The notes under the pieces were generated by a model, which searched no databases, had not been told where the DNA came from, and worked only from the letters and a program-made list of their open reading frames with translations. A program made the position numbers and the translations under genes. 47,917 bases of DNA, taken from assembly GCA_947491825.1 (NCBI GenBank), contig CANLLM010000005.1, positions 1 to 47,917 of the forward strand. Reading direction: 5' to 3'. Every line of letters starts with the position of its first letter. Position 1 is the first letter of the stretch. The stretch is from Bacteroidota bacterium. GTDB lineage: Bacteria > Bacteroidota > Bacteroidia > UKL13-3. This document shows, in pieces, positions 21,570-33,571 of the stretch.

Positions 21570-24305
21570 ATGAATAGATCTTTATTATTAGGCATTATAG
21601 CAACGTTTACACTGTTCTCAGGTATCGCAATATATTTTTATTTGAACAATATTAAAATAAAAAATAGACCAGCTATAGAAGCAGTACCTGGAGATGCGTT
21701 TATTATTTTACAATCTAAAGATATTAATAAATCATGGTCTTTACTTAGTAAATCATCACTTTGGGCTGATTTAAAAGCAAATCCGAATGTGTCTAAGCTG
21801 AATAAACAACTAGAAGAAACTTTTAACATAATTAGTAGTGAAGAGGAATTAAGAGAAATATTTGAAGAAAATACCACTGCATTTTCCTTACATAACAACA
21901 GCAATAATTTAGGATTATTAGCCATAGTTGAAACAGGTAAACCAATTGAGCTTTCTGACATAACTGATTACCTCTCTAAAAAGATAAACGCAAAAGCCAT
22001 CCTAAGAAGTTTTGACAAAACGCCTGTTTATGATTTTACTGATACGAAGGGAAATACCCTCTTTACCATTTCATACCGAGACCAATTATTAATTTGCGGA
22101 GCAGATGCATCATTGGTTGAAGAAAGTATACGTAAGCTAAAATACAATTTACCTAACTCCACAAAAGGCCTTAATCAAGCGCGTTTAATGGCGGAAACAA
22201 GCGCAGATTTAAACCTTTTCATCAATTACCAAAAGCTGCCACTATTAGGTAACCTATTTACCAAATCCGAGTATTACAATATACTTTCATACATAAAAGA
22301 ATTTGCAAATTGGAGTATGTTAGATGTGGAATTAAATGATGATATGTTTAAATTATCAGGAGTTACATTTACCGATGATTCCGTTTTTCAGTTCTTGGAT
22401 TTGTTTAAAAATCAAACCCCAAAACCTTTACAATTACAGAATTACATGCCTAAAAATACCGCTATGGCTTTTCAAATGGGTTTTAGCAATTATCTTAAAT
22501 TTAACACTGAATTGAATGAATATTTACAAGTACAAAAAAAAGGCGATTTATACGCAGGTTTCTCTGATAGTATTGAAAAACGTTATAATATAGACATCAC
22601 GCAGAATATATTGAACTACATTGATGGAGAAGCATCATTGGTGATGACAGAGCCCTCAGGGAGCGATTTCCACAACAACCTTAATGCATTTATACGCTTT
22701 AAAGACCCCTTAGGAATGGCTACTACCTTAAAAAATATCATCCAAGCTATGAACAGAAAAGGAGAAATGGATTCTGTAACTTTTTATCATCAAGGATTAG
22801 AAATTGAACGTATAAAATTAGGTAACTTCTTAAAACTGTATTATGGAGAAATCATGGAAAATATATACTCTCCTTATTACGTTCAGTTGAATGATATTTT
22901 TGTTTTTGCTAACGATGTGAATACACTGAAATATATAATTGACGAATACAAATTGGGAAACACATTGGCCAATGATGAGAAGTTTAAAACATACCAAAAT
23001 GGCCTTGCTGTAAATAACAATGTAAGTATTTTTATAAGTCCTGCCCATAACTTTTTACTACCTACCAACTTTGTAAACGATTCTTTCTTCAGTTCATTAA
23101 ATACTTATCAATACGATTTTAAAAAGTTTGAATTCTTTTCAATCCAATTTTCGAACACCAATAACAAAGCATTTTATACCCAAGTAACATATAAGTTTAA
23201 CAACATTAACACCAACGAAACACAATTGTTATGGGCAAGTAAATTAGATACTATTTTCGATATTGCACCTCAGGTTGTTTACAATAGTGAATTAAAACAG
23301 CATGTAATTTTTGTGCAGGACATCAACAATACGCTTTACTGTATTAGTAAAAATGGAAACTTAATTTGGCGTAGCAAACTTAATGGTAAACTGGTGGGCA
23401 ATTTCCACGTAATGGACCCACAAAAAAATGGTTCATCATGCTATTTATTTAGTACTGATAAACAAGCTAATTTGATTGATGCTAAAGGTGTAAGTTTATA
23501 CAATTACCCTATTCGTTACCCAGGTAAGGCTTTATTGCCTTTTACCATTGCAGATTTTTATGACGAAAGTACACTTCAGTTTTTTGTTGCTTTAGATAAC
23601 AACAGAATAGTTGGATATGCACTGGACGGAAAGCCCCTAGAAGGCTGGATGCCTAAAATACTTGAAAGCAAAGTAAACGCACCCATTGGTTTGATAAAAA
23701 AAGGAATGAACCGATTTGTATACACGACCAATATAAAGGGCCAATTGTGCTTATTTGATAACAAAGGAAAAGCTATAAAATTAAGCCGAGCGATTACTGC
23801 TACATTATTTGAATATGTTTCTAATACCGATAGTTTAACGTTAAACTTTAATATGTTCGACACTACGGGGATGATAGCACAAATAACATTAGACTCATTA
23901 TACAATCTAATTGGAGAACCCAAGGCGATAGGACAATTTGATCCATTTACAAAAGTAATTGTACAAAATGACCAAGTAACAAATAATCCCTTTTTCTTAA
24001 CTCAAAGCCTAAATTCGTGGGCATTATATGGCCCAGATTTGAAGAAAATAACAAGCAAAATATACACTGACAGTAATCCTCAATATAACTACTTTACGCT
24101 TGATGCTATTGGAAAAGTGATGCTTGCAAACTTTCAAAAACAACAGTCAGAATATTACTGGTACAACATGAATGGAGAACTATATATTGACTTCCCGATA
24201 AAAGGCGCTACACCTTTTAATACCGCTAATCTAATGATGGATAGAGGTAATTATTTAATTGGTGGCGACCAACAGAATAATATTTTCGTTTACAAGCTCA
24301 AGTAA
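21570..24305 (+). CDS. Membrane-anchored DUF3352-like protein with a C-terminal beta-propeller-like region
   Basis: N-terminal TM, AIEAVP motif, C-terminal repeats such as FVQDINNTLYCISKNGNLIW and YALDGKPLEGW. Confidence 0.6.
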   Translation: MNRSLLLGIIATFTLFSGIAIYFYLNNIKIKNRPAIEAVPGDAFIILQSKDINKSWSLLSKSSLWADLKANPNVSKLNKQLEETFNIISSEEELREIFEENTTAFSLHNNSNNLGLLAIVETGKPIELSDITDYLSKKINAKAILRSFDKTPVYDFTDTKGNTLFTISYRDQLLICGADASLVEESIRKLKYNLPNSTKGLNQARLMAETSADLNLFINYQKLPLLGNLFTKSEYYNILSYIKEFANWSMLDVELNDDMFKLSGVTFTDDSVFQFLDLFKNQTPKPLQLQNYMPKNTAMAFQMGFSNYLKFNTELNEYLQVQKKGDLYAGFSDSIEKRYNIDITQNILNYIDGEASLVMTEPSGSDFHNNLNAFIRFKDPLGMATTLKNIIQAMNRKGEMDSVTFYHQGLEIERIKLGNFLKLYYGEIMENIYSPYYVQLNDIFVFANDVNTLKYIIDEYKLGNTLANDEKFKTYQNGLAVNNNVSIFISPAHNFLLPTNFVNDSFFSSLNTYQYDFKKFEFFSIQFSNTNNKAFYTQVTYKFNNINTNETQLLWASKLDTIFDIAPQVVYNSELKQHVIFVQDINNTLYCISKNGNLIWRSKLNGKLVGNFHVMDPQKNGSSCYLFSTDKQANLIDAKGVSLYNYPIRYPGKALLPFTIADFYDESTLQFFVALDNNRIVGYALDGKPLEGWMPKILESKVNAPIGLIKKGMNRFVYTTNIKGQLCLFDNKGKAIKLSRAITATLFEYVSNTDSLTLNFNMFDTTGMIAQITLDSLYNLIGEPKAIGQFDPFTKVIVQNDQVTNNPFFLTQSLNSWALYGPDLKKITSKIYTDSNPQYNYFTLDAIGKVMLANFQKQQSEYYWYNMNGELYIDFPIKGATPFNTANLMMDRGNYLIGGDQQNNIFVYKLK

Positions 24306-24352
24306 TTAAATATTTTGTACCTTCGGAAAACATAAGTGTTACCCGATAGAGT

Positions 24353-25993
24353 ATGAAAAAACTTGCACTAGGAATATTTTCAGCATTTGCCTTACTCAGC
24401 ACATCTTGCATCAAAGAAATTGAAGATACCTTTAATGATTTGTCATCAATAAAAGGAATCACTACAAATCCTACAATTGCAGCTCCGCTAATTAATGCAA
24501 CTGCAACACTCAGGGATTTGATTGATGACTTTACAGGTGACTTAGATATATCTACAGATGCTGATGGCAAAATCATTTTAAAATTCAAATCTGTTGATAG
24601 CGTTCCTGAGAAGCAACATATTATACTGCCTGGAATTAATTTCAGTTTTAATATCATCATGCCTCCAACCGAAGTTCCCAACTTTGAGGCTGCAGGACGT
24701 TATAGTCAAATCATAGCAAACGATGCAGCAATTTCAATAAGCGGCAACAAAAGATTAGAGCGCCTAGTTGTTAATCAGGGTTCATTGAGTTTAAATGTAG
24801 GCTCAAGTTTCAAACATAATACAGTTGTTAAAATTTCGTATCCTGGTATTACCAAAAATGGTAAAGCTTATTCGGATAGCTTTGTATTTGCATACAATGG
24901 ATCAACTCCTCCAAACATTATTAGAAATGTAGATTTAGAAGGTTATGAAATAGATCTAACTAAAAACGGTAGTACTTACAATGTTTTTACATACGAACTA
25001 GGGGTTGATATCACAAGAAATCCATCCAACAATGTTGGTCTAACAGATAAAGTTAGTTTCACTCAAGACTTAATCGTAAATGAATATAAACGTATAGAAG
25101 GTTATTTCGGGAAATTTGAAATCGCGGAAATAAAACAAACCAAGGAATTAGAATTGTTTGATAAAAAGCTTGAGGGAAATGTTTTTGTAAAAAATCCAAC
25201 TATCAAAATCAAACTAACCAATTCTTTCGGGTTACCTATTACAGCCAAAATAACAGAACTTTATGTTGTTTCAGGTGCCGGTGTGCAAACTCCAATCGTG
25301 GTAAACATGTTCCAAGACACTTTTAACTTAGATTATACCACAAACATTGGTCAAACCAAAATTACAGAGTATATTATTGATAAAACCAATTCGAACATTT
25401 ATGATATAATCAATACTGCACCCCAATATATTGTTTACAAAGTACTTTTTACTGCCAACTCAGATGATTTGCCTAAAGCGAATGTTATATCAGATTATAC
25501 AACTGTTAAACAAGAAACTTATTTAGAATTACCTGTTGATGTAAAAATTTTAAAATACTCATTAGAAACAGAGGGTGATTTTGAACTAGGAAAATCCTTA
25601 TCTGATTTAGACTCTAATGGGGTATATGTTAATTGGGCCGAAACAGTATCAGACATAGAGAATGAACTTCCATTAAATGCCCAAATACAAATATATATTG
25701 ACGACTCAGTTACGAATAAGGTTATTGACAGCGTATACAACCCTGCTTATATCATTCCAGCTGCCGCGGTTAATTCATTGGGAGAAATTACTAAACCCAC
25801 AAGAGCTAATATAAGCAATATGATTACCCGAGCCCAATACGAAAAGCTCATAAAAGGGAATAGATATCGACTTCAAATTCGATTAAAAACACCGGAAACT
25901 AGTCCGGGAGTTTTCCCGTTTTTTAGTTTTTACGACTTCCAGAAGATACGTGTTAAACTTGGCGTTAGAACCAATATTACCTACCGAAAATAA
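24353..25993 (+). CDS. Hypothetical beta-rich lipoprotein
   Basis: Signal peptide with lipobox LSTS-C, followed by charged IKEIED. Confidence 0.75.
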   Translation: MKKLALGIFSAFALLSTSCIKEIEDTFNDLSSIKGITTNPTIAAPLINATATLRDLIDDFTGDLDISTDADGKIILKFKSVDSVPEKQHIILPGINFSFNIIMPPTEVPNFEAAGRYSQIIANDAAISISGNKRLERLVVNQGSLSLNVGSSFKHNTVVKISYPGITKNGKAYSDSFVFAYNGSTPPNIIRNVDLEGYEIDLTKNGSTYNVFTYELGVDITRNPSNNVGLTDKVSFTQDLIVNEYKRIEGYFGKFEIAEIKQTKELELFDKKLEGNVFVKNPTIKIKLTNSFGLPITAKITELYVVSGAGVQTPIVVNMFQDTFNLDYTTNIGQTKITEYIIDKTNSNIYDIINTAPQYIVYKVLFTANSDDLPKANVISDYTTVKQETYLELPVDVKILKYSLETEGDFELGKSLSDLDSNGVYVNWAETVSDIENELPLNAQIQIYIDDSVTNKVIDSVYNPAYIIPAAAVNSLGEITKPTRANISNMITRAQYEKLIKGNRYRLQIRLKTPETSPGVFPFFSFYDFQKIRVKLGVRTNITYRK

Positions 25994-26014
25994 GGTCACC
26001 TAACCCAATATTTT

Positions 26015-27376
26015 ATGAAAAAAAATATTAAATTATTTGCATTTTTTTTATTGCCTATTTGCCTGCACGCACAAATAGAAACTACGATGCCAGCTTTGTC
26101 TGCAACACATCAGGCCACATACATAAATCCTGCTATTTTACCAGCATTTTCAACTTCAATTGGCACACCATTAATGTCGGGATTTGGATTAAGCATTGGA
26201 CTAAACGGATTAAATGCACGAACAGTCATCAGTAGTTTAGATGCTGATAGTTTTTTAAATATCCCCAAATTATATAACAATTTAAAAGGAGATAAAATTG
26301 AAATTGATGTTGCTGTGAATTACGAAATTTTCCATGTGCGCTTTAAATGCAAAAATTGGTATTACGGCATCAACCTCAACACACGTAACATTACCAACGT
26401 AAGGCTATCAAACGAATTGATTGGACTGGTTGCCAATGGTAACGATTCGTACGCGGGAAGCACTTGGGATGCATCATCAACTGCTATAACCAATATTGCA
26501 TTTAATGAACTTGGTTTTAGTATGGCACGTAACTTCGACCGATTTAATGTTGGTGGCAGAGCAAAATTATACCAAGGAATTGGGGTAGCACAAACAAAAG
26601 ATTTTACCTTAAAACTTAATCAACCCAAAACGCCAACAGAAGAAATATCTCTTATTGCAGGTGGTGTTATTAATACTGCAAGTATTGGTGTATTAACAGA
26701 CAGTGTTAATGGGAGAGCAAGTTCAAATGATGAAAAAGCAATCGATTATAAAAACTTTTACTCCATGGGCAATCTTGGTGCAGGTATCGACCTTGGTCTA
26801 ACTTATGACGTAAACAACCGATTAACTTTAGGTGCATCCATTATTGATTTTGGATTTATTAATTGGACCAATAACGTAAATAATTATAGCATTAATAATG
26901 CTGATGTAAGATCGAATGGATTGAATAAGGAGCAAATTGATAGTGGCAAAAAGCTAAATAATTATTTAGATAGTTTATTTAATTTACTTAAGCCCAAGGT
27001 AAGTGAGAATCACTTTACCACATTTATGCCTTGGCGTTTTTATGTAACGGCCAATTACAAGTTTAATAGGCGCAATACAATTGGAGCTGTAATTCAAGGT
27101 CGTTACTTACTTGGTTCTATTTTACCGGCCTACACTTTAAGTTACGCGCGCAAAATTGGGGATGGATTTCATCTTACGGCCAACTATAGTATTATTGGCA
27201 ATAGTTATACTAACATTGGATTAGGCTGGTCGCTAAAAATGGGATCTGTGCAATGGTATTTAATACAAGATAATGTACTCGCCTATTTTAAACCCGACCA
27301 ATTCCAATTTATGAGTTTACGCCTAGGCTTCAATTTGGTATTTGGAGAAATTAGACGGCCCCTAAAAGTTTATTAA
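26015..27376 (+). CDS. DUF5723-like outer membrane beta-barrel
   Basis: Signal peptide, N-terminal YINPA, amphipathic strands, GAGIDLGLTY, C-terminal LRLGFNLVFG. Confidence 0.7.
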   Translation: MKKNIKLFAFFLLPICLHAQIETTMPALSATHQATYINPAILPAFSTSIGTPLMSGFGLSIGLNGLNARTVISSLDADSFLNIPKLYNNLKGDKIEIDVAVNYEIFHVRFKCKNWYYGINLNTRNITNVRLSNELIGLVANGNDSYAGSTWDASSTAITNIAFNELGFSMARNFDRFNVGGRAKLYQGIGVAQTKDFTLKLNQPKTPTEEISLIAGGVINTASIGVLTDSVNGRASSNDEKAIDYKNFYSMGNLGAGIDLGLTYDVNNRLTLGASIIDFGFINWTNNVNNYSINNADVRSNGLNKEQIDSGKKLNNYLDSLFNLLKPKVSENHFTTFMPWRFYVTANYKFNRRNTIGAVIQGRYLLGSILPAYTLSYARKIGDGFHLTANYSIIGNSYTNIGLGWSLKMGSVQWYLIQDNVLAYFKPDQFQFMSLRLGFNLVFGEIRRPLKVY

Positions 27377-27393
27377 AAAATACAACAAGCGTT

Positions 27394-27401
27394 TATATTT
27401 G
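27394..27401 (+). promoter_or_regulatory. -7 promoter element for accC
   Basis: TATATTTG upstream of ATG 27439. Confidence 0.55.
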
Positions 27402-27438
27402 CGTTTTGTTTTATTTGGTTATTCAAGAATATTTAAAC

Positions 27439-28941
27439 ATGAAAAAAATATTAGTTGCAAACCGTGGTGAAATAGCCTTACGCATTATGCGAACTGCCAA
27501 AGAACTAGGGATTAAAACGGTTGCGGTATATAGTGAAGCAGATAGAAATGCGCTTCATGTAAGATATGCAGATGAGGCAGTTTGTATTGGTCCCGCAGCA
27601 TCTGCTCAATCATACCTAAAAATGGATACCATACTTGAAGTATGTAAAAATTTAAGGGTTGATGCAATACACCCGGGTTACGGTTTTTTAAGTGAGAACG
27701 CGGTTTTTGCCGATATGGTAGCTGCTGCCGGAATCACTTTCATTGGCCCAACAGGCGATGCCATGAGAACCATGGGAAGTAAAATTGGGGCTAAGCAAGC
27801 TGTATCCAAGTTTAATGTACCAATGGTGCCTGGCACACAAGAGGCATTAAGAGATATAGAAGAGGGTAAACGAATTGCAGCTTCAATTGGGTATCCCGTT
27901 TTAATCAAAGCCTCTGCAGGAGGCGGTGGCAAGGGAATGCGTGTTGTTGAAAAAGATGAAGAGTTTGAAGAACAAATAAAAATGGCACAAGGCGAAGCAA
28001 AATCAGCATTTGGTGATGATGCTGTTTTTATTGAAAAGTATGTTGGCTCTCCCCGACATATAGAAATACAGATATTAGGCGACAACCACGGCAATATTGT
28101 TTATCTTTTTGAGAGAGAATGTAGCATACAACGTAGACACCAAAAATTAATTGAAGAGGCGCCATCAAGTTGCTTAACACCAGAAATAAGAAAAGCAATG
28201 GGCGAAGCAGCTGTTAATGTTGCTAAAGCATGTAATTACACAGGTGCGGGAACTGTAGAATTTTTGGTGGATGAACAATTAAACTACTACTTCTTAGAAA
28301 TGAATACACGCCTGCAAGTAGAACATCCAGTAACTGAACAAATAGTAGGTTTAGATTTAGTTAAAGAACAAATACGTGTTGCTAAGGGAGAAAAACTTGG
28401 ATATACACAAGATGATTTGAGTATTCATGGCCATGCTATAGAATTGCGTGTTTGCGCTGAAGATCCTTTAAATAATTTTTTACCAGATATTGGCAAGCTT
28501 AATACATACAAAACGCCACAAGGTTATGGTGTTAGGGTTGATGATAGTTTTGAAGAAGGTATGGAAATACCTATTCACTATGACCCAATGATAGCTAAAT
28601 TAATTACTTTCGGTAAAACGCGTGAAGAAGCTATAAACAGAATGATTCGAGCAATAGACGATTATCATATTACTGGCATAGAAACCACACTGCAATTTGG
28701 CAAATATGTTATGCAACACCCAGCATTTATTAATGGTAATTTTGACACTAAATTTATTGATAAACATTACAATCCAGAGCAACTAAAACCAACATTTGAT
28801 CACGCAGATGTTGCAGCATTGGCTGCAGGTGTTTTATTTAGTAGCGGAAATAAAAAATCGTCTAATAATGACAATTTAAATAATAAAGGCTTGGGTGAGT
28901 CTACTAATTCAAATTGGGTAAAAAACAGAAAGGCCTACTAA
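27439..28941 (+). CDS. accC: Biotin carboxylase subunit (acetyl/propionyl-CoA carboxylase)
   Basis: ILVANRGEIA, HPGYGFLSEN, GGGGKGMR, EMNTRLQVEHPVTE. No fused biotinyl domain. Confidence 0.93.
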   Translation: MKKILVANRGEIALRIMRTAKELGIKTVAVYSEADRNALHVRYADEAVCIGPAASAQSYLKMDTILEVCKNLRVDAIHPGYGFLSENAVFADMVAAAGITFIGPTGDAMRTMGSKIGAKQAVSKFNVPMVPGTQEALRDIEEGKRIAASIGYPVLIKASAGGGGKGMRVVEKDEEFEEQIKMAQGEAKSAFGDDAVFIEKYVGSPRHIEIQILGDNHGNIVYLFERECSIQRRHQKLIEEAPSSCLTPEIRKAMGEAAVNVAKACNYTGAGTVEFLVDEQLNYYFLEMNTRLQVEHPVTEQIVGLDLVKEQIRVAKGEKLGYTQDDLSIHGHAIELRVCAEDPLNNFLPDIGKLNTYKTPQGYGVRVDDSFEEGMEIPIHYDPMIAKLITFGKTREEAINRMIRAIDDYHITGIETTLQFGKYVMQHPAFINGNFDTKFIDKHYNPEQLKPTFDHADVAALAAGVLFSSGNKKSSNNDNLNNKGLGESTNSNWVKNRKAY

Positions 28942-28942
28942 T

Positions 28943-29360
28943 ATGACCGTTAAATCTTCACTATCAACCCTAATCCTTTTATTTGTTTTTGGAGGCTTAT
29001 CCGAAAATGCTTTTAGTCAGCATGTAAATCATTACGAAGAAGTAAAAAGTAATGTAAATTTTCCGAAAGGATTTGATGAAACTAAGTCAAAAGAAATTAT
29101 TACAACAGTTGCAATAGAAAAGTTAAACCTGATTAAAAATGGTATCTCTATTTTTTGTCGAAATATCTGCCTATTCCTTTATGTAATATAAATTACACAA
29201 TGTTAAATCAATAACTTCATAACAATACCCAAAGACTAAAGTATTAACTCAGCAAAAATAGCTATAGCTGCCCAATTACTATCAGACAAGCCACCAAGAT
29301 ATTTGGTACGCAACACATGAGGAACTTATATCTAAATCCTTTACACAAATTAGTTGTTGA
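28943..29360 (+). pseudogene. Probable decayed secreted-protein gene (82-aa ORF plus frameshifted remnants)
   Basis: Signal-peptide ORF 28943-29191 ends in odd sequence after a T6 run. Shifted frames give short protein-like fragments broken by stops. Confidence 0.35.
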
Positions 29361-29366
29361 TTACAC

Positions 29367-29399
29367 AAAACAAAGCGGGCTATCCTGGATAGCCCGCTT
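29367..29399 (-). terminator. Intrinsic terminator after dnaK
   Basis: AAGCGGGCTATCC-t-GGATAGCCCGCTT palindrome with a T-rich tail on the minus strand. Confidence 0.85.
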
Positions 29400-29422
29400 C
29401 GTTTTAAACATTTAGAATAAGC

Positions 29423-31434
<2,012 letters not shown>

Positions 31435-31459
31435 ATTAAAAGTTGTTTGTCACAACTAT

Positions 31460-31474
31460 TCAATAGTAGTGCCA
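31460..31474 (-). promoter_or_regulatory. Sigma54-like -24/-12 promoter for dnaK
   Basis: Minus strand TGGCAC-TACTA-TTGA has correct spacing, with A instead of C at -12. Confidence 0.6.
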
Positions 31475-31569
31475 CTTAGAATTTGGCAGTAATAAGGCAA
31501 AAAAATGTCAGTTTTTAGCGAAATTGGTGGTATTTAACCCTAAAATTTGTCAGCAAATATGACGATTTA

Positions 31570-32532
31570 TTACCTATTCAAGACTTGTGTATTCAACAAA
31601 TCTATACTCGGATCCGTTACTGATTGTTTAAGTTTGGTGATGGTTCGTGAAGCAAAAACACCTATTCCATTAGATATATTCGAGTAATCAGATACTTTAG
31701 GGATAATACTACCGCTTGGTTTATTTGTTTGTATCATGTCGCTATAATCACTATTGGAACCAATTACAACAGACTCCATAGAGTTAAACGTTCTTATCAC
31801 ATCAGCATTAACTACTATATTACTAGTAAAATGACCTAACAAACCTTGCTTAGAAACGCCAATAGTTGCCTTACCGTTCAAAACAGAGGTGTACAAAGCG
31901 TCTCTCCTCACATAATAATCTACATATCTAAGAGCGGAGTCAGTCGTTGATTTACTAATCTCCCAATAGTTAAGCCTAACAATTAAATCGAACATAAAAA
32001 CATTAGCTCCAATTTGCTCAACCTGATATGAAAACGTACCTTCTGGAAATTCAATAAAATTGATTGCACCACCAAGGCGAATATTTGCCATACCGGTAGC
32101 AGTTGTTGTGGCAATGTATTCCTTATCCGTTTCGTTGTTTTTAATGCGTAACGTGTAGCTTGACCCAGGAGTAAAAAAACCTGTCGTTCTTTGTCCCCAG
32201 TAGCTAGAATCCTTGTTACTAAAAAAACCAGCTTCTTTCCGAGGTGCCAATCGTTTGAATTCTCTAAATTGATTTGTAATATTTCCATTAACCACTTTAA
32301 CCGTGATGTTTTTCATGTACAATGAATCAGCAATTTGGGCTACTTCATCCGTTGTTTTATTGATATCGTTTTGATAGGTTTTCTGTATCCGAAAAATCTG
32401 ACTGTCTTGCCCCATGTCAATAATAGCATAAACCACTGGCGTTTCGCGATAAGGAGCATTAATATCAAGTGTATTATCGCATGCTGCAAGGAATAAAACA
32501 CCCGTTAAAAAAGTTAATATCCGATTTTTCAT
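31570..32532 (-). CDS. Lipoprotein, DUF4249-like
   Basis: Lipobox LAA-C, PVVYAI motif, C-terminal YSNISNGIGVFAS. Confidence 0.65.
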   Translation of the reverse strand: MKNRILTFLTGVLFLAACDNTLDINAPYRETPVVYAIIDMGQDSQIFRIQKTYQNDINKTTDEVAQIADSLYMKNITVKVVNGNITNQFREFKRLAPRKEAGFFSNKDSSYWGQRTTGFFTPGSSYTLRIKNNETDKEYIATTTATGMANIRLGGAINFIEFPEGTFSYQVEQIGANVFMFDLIVRLNYWEISKSTTDSALRYVDYYVRRDALYTSVLNGKATIGVSKQGLLGHFTSNIVVNADVIRTFNSMESVVIGSNSDYSDMIQTNKPSGSIIPKVSDYSNISNGIGVFASRTITKLKQSVTDPSIDLLNTQVLNR

Positions 32533-32642
32533 AGCGGCACAAATATAATTTAATTGCTGAATATAGAAGTACTCAAAGCTTAAGTATCATTATTTAGCAG
32601 TTCGGTTGCGCGCATTCGTTATCTATATCAATATTTAATATA

Positions 32643-32650
32643 TACCTTTG
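32643..32650 (+). promoter_or_regulatory. -7 promoter element for panB
   Basis: TACCTTTG, 17 nt before the ATG. Confidence 0.55.
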
Positions 32651-32667
32651 ATGACTAATTACTTATT

Positions 32668-33538
32668 ATGAGTACTTACAAAGAGATTAAAAAAGTAACC
32701 ACCCACGTGTTACAAGAAATGAAACTAAGGGGTGAAAAAATATCGATGTTAACGGCATACGACTATAGTATGGCTCGTATTTTTGATGATGCCAAAATAG
32801 ATGTACTTCTTGTTGGTGACTCAGCTAGCAATGTAATGCATGGACACGAAACAACCCTGCCTATTACTTTAGACGAGATGATTTCTCACGCTTCTGCAGT
32901 TATTCGCGCTGTTAACCGCAGTTTAGTGGTAGTTGATTTGCCTTTTGGCTCATACCAAGGCAACTCTAAAGAGGCGCTAAACTCTGCAATTCGAATTATG
33001 AAAGAAGCCGAAGCGCATGCTGTAAAACTAGAAGGTGGAGAGGACGTGGTTGACTCTATTAAAAGAATTTTAACTGCAGGAATACCCGTAATGGGGCACT
33101 TGGGTTTAACCCCACAAAGCATTTACAAATTCGGTACATACGAAGTAAGGGCTAAAGAAGAAGAAGAAGCCAATAAACTTATTGCTGATGCTAAATTACT
33201 TGAAGGGGCTGGATGCTTTGCCATTGTGTTAGAAAAAATACCCAGTAAACTAGCCAAGCAAGTTGCCGAAATAGTTAAAATACCGATAATAGGAATAGGT
33301 GCAGGACCTCATGTAGACGGACAAGTTTTGGTTTGTCACGATATGCTTGGAATTAATAAAGATTTTTCGCCCAAGTTTTTACGCAGATACCTAAACCTAT
33401 ATGACGAAATTAAAAGTGCTGTCGCCTAAGTTTTTACGCAGATACCTAAACCTATATGACGAAATTAAAAGTGCTGTTGAGCTATACATATCAGATGTAA
33501 AAAGCGTTGACTTCCCGAACGAAAAAGAACAATATTAA
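32668..33538 (+). CDS. panB: 3-methyl-2-oxobutanoate hydroxymethyltransferase, 3' end disrupted by a 55-bp duplication
   Basis: [33 protein letters not shown]. Removing one copy restores the C-terminus [19 protein letters not shown] (stop 33536-33538). Confidence 0.95.
33367..33476 (+). repeat. 55-bp tandem duplication in panB (1 synonymous difference)
   Basis: Copies 33367-33421 and 33422-33476, CCC vs CCT (Pro). Confidence 0.97.
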
Positions 33539-33571
33539 ATCAACGTAATTTAGACATCATCAAACCAAACA

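Noticed and set aside
27439-28941. accC without an adjacent biotin carrier as a truncated gene
   Set aside because: The biotin carboxylase domain is complete, and stand-alone subunits with partners elsewhere are ordinary.
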